NCBI GenBank assembly: GCA_963707915.1 | Contig: OY970178.1 | Coordinates: 1,856,001-1,920,000 of the forward strand | From: Candidatus Eiseniibacteriota bacterium | Lineage (GTDB): Bacteria; Eisenbacteria; RBG-16-71-46 | Direction of reading: 5' to 3' | DNA length: 64,000 nt | Position numbers and translations under genes: made by a program | Shown: positions 35,871 to 54,349 of the stretch, one piece after another | Position numbering within the stretch: position 1 is the first letter of the stretch | Layout: each line of letters opens with the position of its first letter | Notes under the pieces: generated by a model | Seen by the model: the letters and a program-made list of their open reading frames with translations, nothing else | Database searches by the model: none | Told to the model about the DNA's origin: nothing

Positions 35871-37949
35871 CTAACCTCTCGCCTTCGCGACGATCTCGTC
35901 CGCCACCGACTGGGGCAGCGTGTCGTAACGGGAGAACTGCATGGAGTACACGGCGCGCCCCTGGGAGATCGAGCGCATCCGCGTCGCATATCCGAACATC
36001 TCCGCCAGGGGCACCGACGCCGCGATGACGCGGGCTTCCGAGCGGATGAACATGCCGCCGATGCGGCCCCGGCGCGCCGACAGGTCGCCGATGATGTCGC
36101 CCATGTACTCCTCGGGCACCACGACCTCGACGTCGAAGATGGGCTCGAGCAGCTTGGGCTGTGCCTTCGCGCAGGCCTCCTTGAACGCCATCGAGGCCGC
36201 GATCTTGAACGCCATCTCGGACGAGTCCACCTCGTGGAATCCGCCGTCCAGGAGGGAGACCTTCACGTCCACCATCGGGTAGCCCGCCAGCACGCCGCCC
36301 CGCATGGCCTCCTCGACGCCCCGCTCGACCGCGGGGATGTACTCGCGCGGGATCGACCCGCCGGTGATCCGGCTCTCGAACTCGAAGCCCTTGCCGGCCA
36401 CCTGGGGTTCGACCCGCAGCGTGACGTCGGCGAACATGCCGTGGCCGCCGGTCTGGCGCACGAAGCGGTGACGCACCTCGGCCGCCACGGAGACCGTCTC
36501 CTTGTACGAGACCTGGGGCTTGCCCACGTTCGCGTCCACGCTGAACTCGCGCTTCATGCGGTCCACCAGGATCTCGAGGTGCAGCTCGCCCATGCCCGAG
36601 ATGACGGTCTGGCCCGAGTCCTCGTCGGTGCGCACGCGGAAGGTCGGGTCCTCCTCGGAGAGGCGCTGCAGGGCGTTCGCGAGCTTCTCCTCGTCGACCT
36701 TGGACCGCGGCTCGATGGCCACGTCCACGACCGGCTCGGGGAAGATCATGGCCTCGAGCGCGAGCGGGTGGTCCGGGTCGCACAGCGTGTGGCCCGTGCT
36801 CACCTTCTTGAACCCGATGCCCGCCGCGATGTCGCCCACGAAGACCTCGCTGACCTCTTCCCGCTTGTTCGCGTGCATCTGCACCAGGCGGCCGACGCGC
36901 TCGTTGCGCCCGGTGAATGCGTTCAGCACCTGGTCGCCGGTGCGGACCGAGCCGGAGTAGACCCGGAAGAACGTCAGCTTGCCGACGTACGGGTCGGTCG
37001 CGATCTTGAAGGCCAGGGCCGCGAACGGCTGGTCGTCGCTGGGCTCGCGCGTCACGCGCTCCCAGGTGTCGGTGGTGTGGCCCTGCACGGCCGGCATGTC
37101 GAGCGGCGACGGCAGGTAGTCCACCACGGCGTCCAGCAGCCGCTGCACGCCCTTGTTGCGGTAGGCCGAGCCGCACAGCACGGGGTGGATGGCGCCCAGC
37201 AGCGTGCCCTTGCGCAGCGCGCGGCGGACGTCGTCCACGGTGAAGGGCTGCTCGTGCAGGTAGCGGTCGAGCAGCAGCTCGTCGTGCTCGGCGACCGCCT
37301 CGAGCAGGGCGATGCGCGCCTCGTCGGCGCGGGCCCGCAGGTCGCGCGGGATCTCCTGGACCTCGAAGGTCGCGCCCTGGTCGGCCTCGTCGTAGGCGAG
37401 GGCCTTCATCTCCACCAGGTCGATCAGGCCGGTGAACTGCTCGCCCAGGAACATCGGGACGTGGATGGGCACGGGCTTCGCGCCGAGCCGGTCGCGCATC
37501 ATCCGGACGACGTTGTCGAAGTCGGCGCCCACGCGGTCCATCTTGTTGACGAAGGCGATGCGCGGGACGTTGTACTTGTCGGCCTGGCGCCACACGGTCT
37601 CGGACTGGGGCTCGACGCCGCCCACCGCGCAGAACACGGCGACCGCGCCGTCGAGGATGCGCAGGGAGCGCTCCACCTCCACGGTGAAGTCGACGTGACC
37701 GGGGGTATCGATGACGTTGATGCGGTGTTCGCGCCAGAAGCAGGTGGTGGCGGCGGAGGTGATGGTGATGCCGCGCTCCCGTTCCTGCTCCATCCAGTCC
37801 ATCGTGGCGACGCCGTCGTGCACCTCGCCCAGCTGGTGGATCCGGCCCGTATAGAAGAGGACGCGCTCGGTCAAGGTCGTCTTGCCGGCGTCGATGTGGG
37901 CCATGATACCGATGTTCCGGTAGTGCTGGAGCGTGGTCTGCCGAGACAT
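35871..37949 (-). CDS. fusA: Elongation factor G
   Basis: [33 protein letters not shown]. Confidence 0.98.
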   Translation of the reverse strand: MSRQTTLQHYRNIGIMAHIDAGKTTLTERVLFYTGRIHQLGEVHDGVATMDWMEQERERGITITSAATTCFWREHRINVIDTPGHVDFTVEVERSLRILDGAVAVFCAVGGVEPQSETVWRQADKYNVPRIAFVNKMDRVGADFDNVVRMMRDRLGAKPVPIHVPMFLGEQFTGLIDLVEMKALAYDEADQGATFEVQEIPRDLRARADEARIALLEAVAEHDELLLDRYLHEQPFTVDDVRRALRKGTLLGAIHPVLCGSAYRNKGVQRLLDAVVDYLPSPLDMPAVQGHTTDTWERVTREPSDDQPFAALAFKIATDPYVGKLTFFRVYSGSVRTGDQVLNAFTGRNERVGRLVQMHANKREEVSEVFVGDIAAGIGFKKVSTGHTLCDPDHPLALEAMIFPEPVVDVAIEPRSKVDEEKLANALQRLSEEDPTFRVRTDEDSGQTVISGMGELHLEILVDRMKREFSVDANVGKPQVSYKETVSVAAEVRHRFVRQTGGHGMFADVTLRVEPQVAGKGFEFESRITGGSIPREYIPAVERGVEEAMRGGVLAGYPMVDVKVSLLDGGFHEVDSSEMAFKIAASMAFKEACAKAQPKLLEPIFDVEVVVPEEYMGDIIGDLSARRGRIGGMFIRSEARVIAASVPLAEMFGYATRMRSISQGRAVYSMQFSRYDTLPQSVADEIVAKARG

Positions 37950-38169
37950 GTGCAGCGACTTCCTATCCGGACGAAGATGACAGCTAGTTCACCACCTGCC
38001 TTTCCGTCGTCGAAAGCGCGGTGATGGGATGCGTTACCATCCGCAGTGTTCAGACCCGGCCCGGCACCTTTTCCGGGATCCGGGACCAGGCCGGCCTGAC
38101 GCCGACCTTCACCCGTCGATGGTGTCTTGAGCGACTCCGGCGCGGCCCGGTTCGCCCGGGCCCCGCTTC

Positions 38170-38640
38170 CTACCAGCGATAGTGCGCGAAGGCCTTGTTG
38201 GCCTCCGCCATCTTGTGCGTGTCCTCGCGCTTCTTCACGGCGCCGCCCTCGTTCTTGGCGGCGGCCATGATCTCGGCGGCGAACTTCTCGGCGAACGTGT
38301 GGTCGGGCCGCTGGAGCGCGTAGCCGATGATCCAGCGCGTCGCCAGGGCGTTCCGCCGGTCCGGGCGGACCTCGACCGGGACCTGGTAGTTGGCACCGCC
38401 GACCCGGCGCGACTTGACCTCGAGCATGGGCTTGACGTTGGTCATCGCCATCTTGAGGACCGTCATCGCCTCCTGACCGGTCTTCTGCTCGACCATCGTC
38501 ATGGCGCCGTAGAAGTGACGCTCGGCGATCGAACGCTTACCGGTCTCCATCAGGCCGTTGATGAACCGGGTCACCAGGACACTGTCGTATTTCGGGTCCG
38601 CCGCGGGCTCCCGGCGTCTCACGAAACCCTTGCGAGGCAT
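38170..38640 (-). CDS. rpsG: 30S ribosomal protein S7
   Basis: RRVGGANYQVP, AEANKAFAH. Confidence 0.98.
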   Translation of the reverse strand: MPRKGFVRRREPAADPKYDSVLVTRFINGLMETGKRSIAERHFYGAMTMVEQKTGQEAMTVLKMAMTNVKPMLEVKSRRVGGANYQVPVEVRPDRRNALATRWIIGYALQRPDHTFAEKFAAEIMAAAKNEGGAVKKREDTHKMAEANKAFAHYRW

Positions 38641-38744
38641 GCGCCTTTCCTCTCCTCATTCGAGCGAGCGCCCGCTGGAGACTCGCTCCGTGGGCGGTCC
38701 GGTGACGCGGCTGCGCGGCCCGGGGGCCCGCGCCGTTCGCGCCG

Positions 38745-39113
38745 CTACTTCGACTTGGTTCCGTACTTCGATCGGCTCTGCTTGCGCCCGCTCACCCCGC
38801 TCGCGTCCAGCGTGCCGCGGATGATGTGGTAGCGCACTCCCGGCAGGTCCTTCACGCGGCCCCCGCGGATGAGCACGATCGAGTGCTCCTGCAGGTTGTG
38901 GCCCTCGCCCGGGATGTAGCAGGTGACTTCCATGCCGTTGACCAGCCGCACGCGCGCCACCTTCCGCAGCGCCGAGTTCGGCTTCTTCGGCGTCGTCGTG
39001 TACACGCGAGTGCACACGCCGCGCTTCTGGGGGCTGCCCTTCAGCGCGGGCGCGCCGGTCTTCATCTTGATGGGCCGCCGACCATGGCGGATCAACTGGT
39101 TCAGCGTGGGCAC
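38745..39113 (-). CDS. rpsL: 30S ribosomal protein S12
   Basis: GTG start, [24 protein letters not shown]. Confidence 0.98.
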   Translation of the reverse strand: MPTLNQLIRHGRRPIKMKTGAPALKGSPQKRGVCTRVYTTTPKKPNSALRKVARVRLVNGMEVTCYIPGEGHNLQEHSIVLIRGGRVKDLPGVRYHIIRGTLDASGVSGRKQSRSKYGTKSK

Positions 39114-39212
39114 GGAGTTCCTCCAACCACTTGTCGATAATGGGATTGCACGGTATGTATGGCCACGGCACCCGCGAGGGAAGGACACGCGCCGTTTCCG
39201 CGCAGACCGGGG

Positions 39213-39241
39213 AATCTAGGGACTTGGCCTTCGCTTGTCAA
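39213..39241 (-). promoter_or_regulatory. Sigma70 promoter of the str operon
   Basis: TTGACA-N17-TAGATT just after the rpoC stop. Confidence 0.75.
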
Positions 39242-39245
39242 GCTG

Positions 39246-43457
<4,212 letters not shown>

Positions 43458-43537
43458 TCCACTCTCCTCGAACGGGCCCGGTCGGCGTTGCGGTCACTCC
43501 GCGCCGCGGACCGGGTCCGGATGCTGTCAGGACGGGC

Positions 43538-47407
<3,870 letters not shown>

Positions 47408-47563
47408 GGCCTTCCCGCCTTTCTCAATGGGGAAGCATGTCGCACCCGGCGCCGATAGCCCGGAGCCGAGGCCCCCCTGGCGCACCCTGGAACGGTGCGA
47501 CCGATGCCGGGCCGGTGCCGAGCACGACGCTGGCGCTCCACTTCTGGAGAGAGCGGTCCGTGG

Positions 47564-47941
47564 CTACTTGATCTCGACGGTCGCGCCCTGCTCCTCGAGC
47601 TTCGCCTTGACCTCCTGAGCCTCTGCCTTCGCGATCTTCTCCTTCACCGGCTTCGGCGCGCCGTCCACCAGGTCCTTCGCTTCCTTCAGCCCCAGCCCGG
47701 TCAGTTCGCGCACGACCTTGATGACCTGGATCTTCTTCTCGCCGGCGCCCGTGAGGATCACGTCGAACTCGGTCTGCTCCTCGGCCACGGCCGCGGCGCC
47801 GGCACCCGGCATGGCCGCCATCATCATGGGGGCGGCCGCCGTGACGCCGAACTTCTCCTCGTAGGCCTTCTTCAGCTCGGAGAGCTCCATCACGGACATG
47901 TTGGCAATCAGGTCGAGCACCTGGTCAATGGTGGTGGACAT
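47564..47941 (-). CDS. rplL: 50S ribosomal protein L7/L12
   Basis: [19 protein letters not shown]. Confidence 0.98.
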   Translation of the reverse strand: MSTTIDQVLDLIANMSVMELSELKKAYEEKFGVTAAAPMMMAAMPGAGAAAVAEEQTEFDVILTGAGEKKIQVIKVVRELTGLGLKEAKDLVDGAPKPVKEKIAKAEAQEVKAKLEEQGATVEIK

Positions 47942-48034
47942 GGGTTGGATCTCCTTCTGCGGTTGCGTGGGTTTCGTTTTGAAAACCTGGTCGGGGGCCC
48001 GCCCGCCTGAGGCGGGTGCCCGGCGAATCGTTCG

Positions 48035-48559
48035 TCAGGATGCCTTGCTCTTCTCGCGTTCGAGCACGTCGGCCATGACCGCGGGCAGACGCAGCGTCGC
48101 ATCGATCGCGGAGAGGAAGGACGTCATCGGGGCGATGATCGTGCCCAGCAGCTGGGACAACATCACCTCGTAACTGGGCAGCGTGGCCAGCACGGCGATC
48201 GCCTTCGGCTCGTACAGCCGGCCGTCCACCACCGCCGCCTTGATCCGCGGCCTCTCCTTGTCCTTGGCGAAGTCCGTCAGGATCTTCGCCGGGCTCACCT
48301 CGCTGACCTGGCTGAACACCACGCCGGTCGGGCCCTCGAGGAACGGGTCCAGCGCGGTGATCCCGCGCTCGTGGAACGCGCGCTTCAGCAGCGTGTTCTT
48401 GACGACCCGGAACTGCACCTTCTGTTCGCGGCACTTCGCGCGCAGCTGGGAGAGCGAAGCGACGTCCATGCCGCTGAAGTCGGCGAGGAAGACGCCGCGC
48501 ACGCCTTCGAGCCGCGCGCTCGTCTCCTGGAGGATCTTGGCTTTCTGGGGAGTCGGCAT
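48035..48559 (-). CDS. rplJ: 50S ribosomal protein L10
   Basis: VVKNTL, GPT, LATLPS. Confidence 0.96.
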   Translation of the reverse strand: MPTPQKAKILQETSARLEGVRGVFLADFSGMDVASLSQLRAKCREQKVQFRVVKNTLLKRAFHERGITALDPFLEGPTGVVFSQVSEVSPAKILTDFAKDKERPRIKAAVVDGRLYEPKAIAVLATLPSYEVMLSQLLGTIIAPMTSFLSAIDATLRLPAVMADVLEREKSKAS

Positions 48560-48571
48560 CGGTCGGTCCTC

Positions 48572-49282
48572 CTAGTGCCCGAGGTCGGCCGTGACGGTCG
48601 CCGGGTCCAGCACGATGCCGGGTCCCATCGTGGCGCTGATGGTGAGTGTCTTGACGTAGGCGCCCTTCGCGGCCGCGGGCCGGGCCCGCATCAGCTCGCG
48701 CAGGAAGGTCAGGGCGTTCTCGAGCAACTGGGCCTCGCTGAACGACGCCTTGCCCACGGGTGCGTGCACGTTGGAGCCCTTGTCCACGCGGAACTCGATC
48801 TTGCCCGCCTTGAGCTCCTTCACGGCCTTGGCGACGTCGAAGGTCACCGTGCCGCTCTTGGGGTTCGGCATCAGCCCGCGCGGCCCGAGCACGCGACCGA
48901 GCTTGCCGACCTCGCCCATCATGTCCGGCGTGGCGACGATGGCGTCGATCTCCAGCCAGCCCTGCTGGATCTTCTGGACGTAGTCCTCGGCGCCGACGAA
49001 GTCCGCGCCGGCCTCCTCGGCCTCGCGCACCTTGTCGCCCTTGGCCATCACGAGCACACGCAGGCTCTTGCCGGTGCCGTGCGGCAGGACCACCGTGCCA
49101 CGAACCAGCTGGTCCGAGTGGCGGGGGTCCACGCCCAGGTGGGATGAGACCACGATGGTCTCGTCGAACTTCGCGCGCGCGGTCTGCTTGACGAGCCGCA
49201 CGGCCTCGGCCAGGTCACGGATCTGACCCGCCTGCCGTGCCACGTCCGCCGCGGCGCGATAACGCTTGCCGTGTCGTTTCAT
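48572..49282 (-). CDS. rplA: 50S ribosomal protein L1
   Basis: [28 protein letters not shown]. Confidence 0.98.
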   Translation of the reverse strand: MKRHGKRYRAAADVARQAGQIRDLAEAVRLVKQTARAKFDETIVVSSHLGVDPRHSDQLVRGTVVLPHGTGKSLRVLVMAKGDKVREAEEAGADFVGAEDYVQKIQQGWLEIDAIVATPDMMGEVGKLGRVLGPRGLMPNPKSGTVTFDVAKAVKELKAGKIEFRVDKGSNVHAPVGKASFSEAQLLENALTFLRELMRARPAAAKGAYVKTLTISATMGPGIVLDPATVTADLGH

Positions 49283-49292
49283 GGATCCTCCC

Positions 49293-49328
49293 GTGGTGCC
49301 GGCGTGGCGGGCTTTCCGCCACTCCCAC
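49293..49328 (-). promoter_or_regulatory. Probable L1-binding autoregulatory RNA site
   Basis: GUGG-GAG-UGGCGG-AAAGC-CCGCCA-CGCCGGCA-CCAC directly before the rplA RBS (GGGAGG). Confidence 0.6.
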
Positions 49329-49527
49329 GCGGTGCTGCTCGACGGTGTCGGTGCTGTCCCGCCCCGGGACACCTGCGGCCCGGCGCGGGCTCGAATCCCC
49401 ACCCTGCGTGCGCCCCGGAACCGGGCGGCAACCCGCAGCGCGGAATCTCCCCTGACCTCCTGGGCCGCGCGGGCACCCGCCGAAGGCGGGTCCGGCGCGC
49501 CCGGGACCGCGGGCAGGGCCCCGCGGC

Positions 49528-49728
49528 CTAGCTGGTGAACTCCTCCTCGACCGCGTCCAGCTCGGCCTCGGTGGCGTAGCCTTCCTTCACCACCCAGTCG
49601 AGCGTCTCGTTCAGATCCTTGATGGCATGCTCGCCGTTCGCCACCCGGTTCCGGACGATCTCGTAGATCTCGCGCGGGGTCTTGCCCTTGAGGAGCTGCT
49701 CAGCCTCTTCCTTGGTCAGCGTCACCAT
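49528..49728 (-). CDS. Hypothetical 66-aa acidic protein between rplK and rplA
   Basis: ATG 16 nt after the rplK stop with GAAGGGA RBS, GC3-rich codons, globular-looking composition. Confidence 0.75.
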   Translation of the reverse strand: MVTLTKEEAEQLLKGKTPREIYEIVRNRVANGEHAIKDLNETLDWVVKEGYATEAELDAVEEEFTS

Positions 49729-49744
49729 CCGGTCTCATCCCTTC

Positions 49745-50170
49745 TCAGTCTTCGAGCTCGATGCCCATGCTGCGGGCGGTTCCCAGAACCATTCGCTCGG
49801 CGGCCTCGACGGTCGCGGAATTCAGGTCGGGCGCCTTGAGCTCGGCAATCTCGCGGACCTGAACGCGAGACACCTTGCCGACCTTGGTCCGGTTCGGAAC
49901 ACCGGAGCCCTTGGCCAGCCCGGCCGCCCGCTTCAGCAGGATGGCCGCCGGAGGCGTCTTCATCTCGAACGTGAAGGAGCGGTCCTTGTAGACCGTGATC
50001 ACGACCGGGATCACGAGTCCCGACTGGTGCTGGGTCTTGGAGTTGAACTGCTTGCAGAACTCCATGATGTTGATGCCGTGCTGCCCGAGCGCCGGCCCGA
50101 CCGGCGGCGCAGGCGTGGCGCTGCCGGCATTGCACTGCAGCTTCACCACGGCCTGGATCGGTTTCGCCAT
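49745..50170 (-). CDS. rplK: 50S ribosomal protein L11
   Basis: [20 protein letters not shown]. Confidence 0.98.
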   Translation of the reverse strand: MAKPIQAVVKLQCNAGSATPAPPVGPALGQHGINIMEFCKQFNSKTQHQSGLVIPVVITVYKDRSFTFEMKTPPAAILLKRAAGLAKGSGVPNRTKVGKVSRVQVREIAELKAPDLNSATVEAAERMVLGTARSMGIELED

Positions 50171-50227
50171 TCTGTTCCTCCCGGGCCGCGAACGCCGCCC
50201 GTCTGCTCCCCCACCGGTCGCGCGACG

Positions 50228-50758
50228 CTAGACCGGCTGCACCTGCAGGAAGTCGAGCTCGACGGGCGTCTGGCGCCCGAAGATGCTCACCATCACCTTG
50301 ATCTTGCCGCGCTCGTTGTTGACCTCGTCCACCACGCCGTTGAACCCGCTGAACGGGCCGTCCCCGACGCGCACATGGTCACCCGTACGGAACTGCACGT
50401 TCGGCGCGGGCTTCGACTTCGTCTGCTCCATCTGCCCGAGCACCCGCCGCACCTCGTTCTCCTTGAGGGGCACGGGTGTCTTGTTCGGGCCGATGAAGCC
50501 CGTCACCCCGGGGACGTTCTGCACCAGGTGGCGCGTCTCGTCGCTGAGGTCCATCTCGATGATGACGTAGGAGGGGAAGGTCTTGCGCTTGGACGTCTTG
50601 CGCTTCCCGTCCTTCATCTCGACGTACTCCTCCTTCGCCACCAGGACCTCGCCGAACTGATCGACCAGCGCGGCGGCCTGGATGGCCTTGCGGAGGTTCT
50701 CCTTCACCTTGTCCTCGTGGCCCGAGTAGGTGTGGACCACGAACCACTTCTTGCTCAT
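50228..50758 (-). CDS. nusG: Transcription termination/antitermination factor NusG
   Basis: WFVVHTYSGHE, FPSY, KOW GPFSGF, IFGRQTPVEL. Confidence 0.97.
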   Translation of the reverse strand: MSKKWFVVHTYSGHEDKVKENLRKAIQAAALVDQFGEVLVAKEEYVEMKDGKRKTSKRKTFPSYVIIEMDLSDETRHLVQNVPGVTGFIGPNKTPVPLKENEVRRVLGQMEQTKSKPAPNVQFRTGDHVRVGDGPFSGFNGVVDEVNNERGKIKVMVSIFGRQTPVELDFLQVQPV

Positions 50759-50837
50759 GTGCCTTCCCGATTCCCGGGGGCCGCCCACCGTCCGCCTCGA
50801 TCGGCGGACCGGTCGCGCACCGCTCCGGGCCAGCGCC

Positions 50838-51029
50838 CTAGCGGAACAGCAGCCTCACCCCGAGCTGGAGGACGTAGTCCACCATCCCGACGAACACGGA
50901 GATCAAGAGCACCGCGACGATCACGACGATCGTCGAGGCGCGCAGCTCCTGGCGGGTCGGCCAGCTGACCTTGGTGGACTCCACCTTCACTTCCTTGACG
51001 AACTCACGGACCTGCATGGTCCACGCCAT
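50838..51029 (-). CDS. secE: Preprotein translocase SecE
   Basis: KVSWPTR plus a single TM helix. Confidence 0.95.
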   Translation of the reverse strand: MAWTMQVREFVKEVKVESTKVSWPTRQELRASTIVVIVAVLLISVFVGMVDYVLQLGVRLLFR

Positions 51030-51117
51030 CTGTGCGCCCTCTCGAGGAGGTCTCGTTCACGTGCGGCCGAAGCCGCATGACTCCACACCCGACCCGCTCC
51101 CGTGCGGGCACCCCGGC

Positions 51118-51194
51118 TGGCAGGCCTGGAGGGATTCGAACCCCCGACACCCGGTTTTGGAGACCGGTGCTCTAGCCAGCTGAGCTACAGGCCT
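51118..51194 (-). tRNA. tRNA-Trp(CCA)
   Basis: AGGCCTG...CCGGTCTCCAAAACCGG...GTTCGAATC...CAGGCCTGCCA. Confidence 0.97.
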
Positions 51195-51260
51195 AAGTCG
51201 TATCCGGGCCGACTCGCGGCGGCCCCCATCGCCATCGCACGACCCACAGCCCGACGCGCG

Positions 51261-51410
51261 CTAGCGCGTCTCCTTGTGGGCGGTGTGCTTCCGGCAGGCC
51301 GGGCAGTACTTCTTCTGCTCGACCCGGTCCGGATGCAGGCGCTTGTTCTTCTTGGTGATGTAGTTGCGATGCTTGCAGTCGTTGCAGGCGAGGATGACCT
51401 GGTCTCTCAT
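51261..51410 (-). CDS. rpmG: 50S ribosomal protein L33 (Zn-ribbon type)
   Basis: Manual translation [49 protein letters not shown]. Confidence 0.96.
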   Translation of the reverse strand: MRDQVILACNDCKHRNYITKKNKRLHPDRVEQKKYCPACRKHTAHKETR

Positions 51411-51446
51411 GTCGTGTCCCGTCTCCGCTGCCGGACGATCGGCCCG

Positions 51447-52647
<1,201 letters not shown>

Positions 52648-52865
52648 TCCAGGGCTCCTGTTCTGCGGTGTGGCGGTGTTGAGGTCCTCGTTCGGCGGGC
52701 GCCGCGGCGGGAGTCACCGGCCGCCGCGATCCATCCGGTACGACCCTGCCGGCCGGATCAACCCCGCGCGGTGCCCGGCACCGCTCGATCTGCCTGCTGC
52801 TACATCACCCCGACCGGCCGCGCGACAGGCGCGCCAACCGGGAGCCAAGTCCATCCTGCGACAAC

Positions 52866-52941
52866 TGGAGCCCACGATCGGAATCGAACCGATGACCTTT
52901 TGCTTACCATGCAAATGCTCTACCGACTGAGCTACGTGGGC
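52866..52941 (-). tRNA. tRNA-Thr(GGT)
   Basis: GCCCACG...TTTGCATGGTAAGCAAA...GTTCGATTC...CGTGGGCTCCA. Confidence 0.96.
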
Positions 52942-53108
52942 TTAAGACATCAAGACGCGCGAAGGCGAGCCAGAAGCGGACCTTCTCGAAGCGATGGAGC
53001 AAGGCGACCCGACCCCGGAGAACCTGCTCCGCGTCCGGATGCAGAAAGACGCACTTCCCCAAGCCGGCTTCTCAAGTTTCAAAGCCGTCGGGGAATAGCG
53101 GGCACGCA

Positions 53109-53137
53109 AATCTAAGCCCCGGCCACTCCGATGTCAA
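53109..53137 (-). promoter_or_regulatory. Internal sigma70 promoter for tRNA-Thr(GGT)-tuf
   Basis: TTGACA-N17-TAGATT. Confidence 0.72.
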
Positions 53138-53241
53138 TGCAAGAAGCAGGGAAGAAGCGAAATCCGTCCTTCCCCGCAGGGGACCGCCACGGCGCTCGGG
53201 GGGCTTCCGGAGGGCCCTGCAGGCACTGCCGCCAAGGAGGA

Positions 53242-53317
53242 TGGAGCGGGAAACGGGATTCGAACCCGCGACCCTCAGCTTGGAAGGCTGACGCTCTAGC
53301 CGCTGAGCTATTCCCGC
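53242..53317 (-). tRNA. tRNA-Gly(TCC)
   Basis: GCGGGAA...TCAGCCTTCCAAGCTGA...TTCCCGCTCCA. Confidence 0.97.
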
Positions 53318-53341
53318 TCAAGCCGTTGTTCAGGAAGGAGA

Positions 53342-53426
53342 TGGTGGAGGGGGGAGGATTCGAACCTCCGAAGGCTTCGCCGACAGATTTACAGTCTGTT
53401 CCCTTTGACCGCTCGGGAACCCCTCC
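53342..53426 (-). tRNA. tRNA-Tyr(GTA)
   Basis: GGAGGGG...ACAGACTGTAAATCTGT, long variable arm, CCA end. Confidence 0.97.
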
Positions 53427-53539
53427 ACACCTGCGAGAGCAAGGCTTCACCCTGACGCGCAGCCTTGGGTCCGCTCGGATCGCTGCATCCCGGCTCCGGC
53501 AGGCCCCTGCCCATCCCGAAGGGGGATGGACCACTGCTG

Positions 53540-53612
53540 AGCTGGCGAAGGGACTTGAACCCCCAACCACCTCATTACAAATGAGATGCTCTACCAATTG
53601 AGCTACGCCAGC
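53540..53612 (-). tRNA. tRNA-Thr(TGT), CCA not encoded
   Basis: GCTGGCG...CTCATTTGTAATGAG...GTTCAAGTC...CGCCAGCT. Confidence 0.95.
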
Positions 53613-53645
53613 GGACCCAAAGGCTCGCGCAAGAAGAGCGAGGTA

Positions 53646-53674
53646 AAGATAGTCAGCGCGCCCGGGACTGTCAA
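53646..53674 (-). promoter_or_regulatory. Sigma70 promoter of the tRNA cluster
   Basis: TTGACA-N17-TATCTT. Confidence 0.75.
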
Positions 53675-53723
53675 GACGCGGATGCGCGCCGCTCGCCAGG
53701 GCCCCGAAGCCCGGCCACATGCG

Positions 53724-53770
53724 AAAAGGCAGCCAAGTCGAGCGAACCTGAGTCCACTCTGTGGCTGCCT
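53724..53770 (-). terminator. Long intrinsic-terminator-like hairpin ending the putative sRNA
   Basis: AGGCAGCCA-CA-GAGUGGAC-UCAG-GUUCGCUC-GACU-UGGCUGCCU-UUU. Confidence 0.65.
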
Positions 53771-54034
53771 CTTCCCGAGAGAACAGGGGGTGACCGGGAA
53801 GAACCCCGTTGTCCTCCCGGCTTCGTTGACCGGGCGTATTTGGTTTTTTTGCAGAATGAACAGCGAACCACTACTCAACTAGACACCGACCAAGTCGAGG
53901 CTTCTCTCTCACCCCTTTCTCGTTCGGCCCCATCGTCGAGGCCAACCTGCCAACCAGGGTACGAGCCCTGCCCTGCAGCCATTACGCCGCAGGATGTTCC
54001 GGGTGATCGACTACGCTCGCTCTCCGTATCCGTG
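53724..54034 (-). ncRNA. Putative sigma54-dependent structured small RNA (about 310 nt), family unknown
   Basis: Bounded by a -24/-12 promoter and a terminator; six stem-loops, most with G.U pairs on the minus strand; no convincing ORF. Confidence 0.55.
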
Positions 54035-54044
54035 CATCGTGCAT

Positions 54045-54060
54045 TGCAGGGCGCGTGCCA
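54045..54060 (-). promoter_or_regulatory. Sigma54 (-24/-12) promoter
   Basis: TGGCAC-GCGCC-CTGCA versus consensus TGGCAC-N5-TTGCW, downstream of a sigma54 activator gene. Confidence 0.72.
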
Positions 54061-54178
54061 TCACCCGGGCCACCACGCGACACGACGAAGATCCGCCGTG
54101 AAAACCATATGATGCAATGGATTGCGCTCGTCGTCCCGGTCCGGCATCGGGGCCTCGGCGGACCGGCAGTTCAAGGAA

Positions 54179-54270
54179 GTGTTACGTCCAGAGGTAACAC
54201 GTTCCGCGACGCATTGTCCGCCAACTCCCATGGGCGCAACCACTTCGCGACTGTTACCCGCGAGGTGACA
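54179..54270. promoter_or_regulatory. Two related palindromes, probable enhancer (UAS) sites
   Basis: GTGTTAC-N8-GTAACAC (54179-54200) and TGTTAC-N7-GTGACA (54252-54270), about 155 and 225 bp upstream of the predicted +1. Confidence 0.55.
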
Positions 54271-54301
54271 CTGTTCCCCGATGGCGCGGCCCGAAACAGG
54301 A

Positions 54302-54332
54302 ATCGGGGCGGGGGATGAATCCCCGCCCCGAT
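54302..54332 (-). terminator. GC-rich hairpin after the activator gene
   Basis: ATCGGGGCGGGG...CCCCGCCCCGAT followed by TCCTGTTT on the minus strand. Confidence 0.55.
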
Positions 54333-54349
54333 CTCCGCCCGCGACCCGG

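Noticed and set aside
53724..54034. tmRNA, RNase P RNA, 6S RNA or c-di-GMP riboswitch as the identity of the RNA
   Set aside because: I see no tRNA-like ends, no RNase P P4 signature, no single long 6S-like rod and no GEMM motif; an Rfam search is still needed
53603..54318. Short ORFs (60-98 aa) and a 20-codon MGPNEKG... frame in the sRNA/enhancer region
   Set aside because: No well-spaced RBS, atypical codon use, and they overlap promoter, tRNA or terminator elements; a micropeptide cannot be fully excluded
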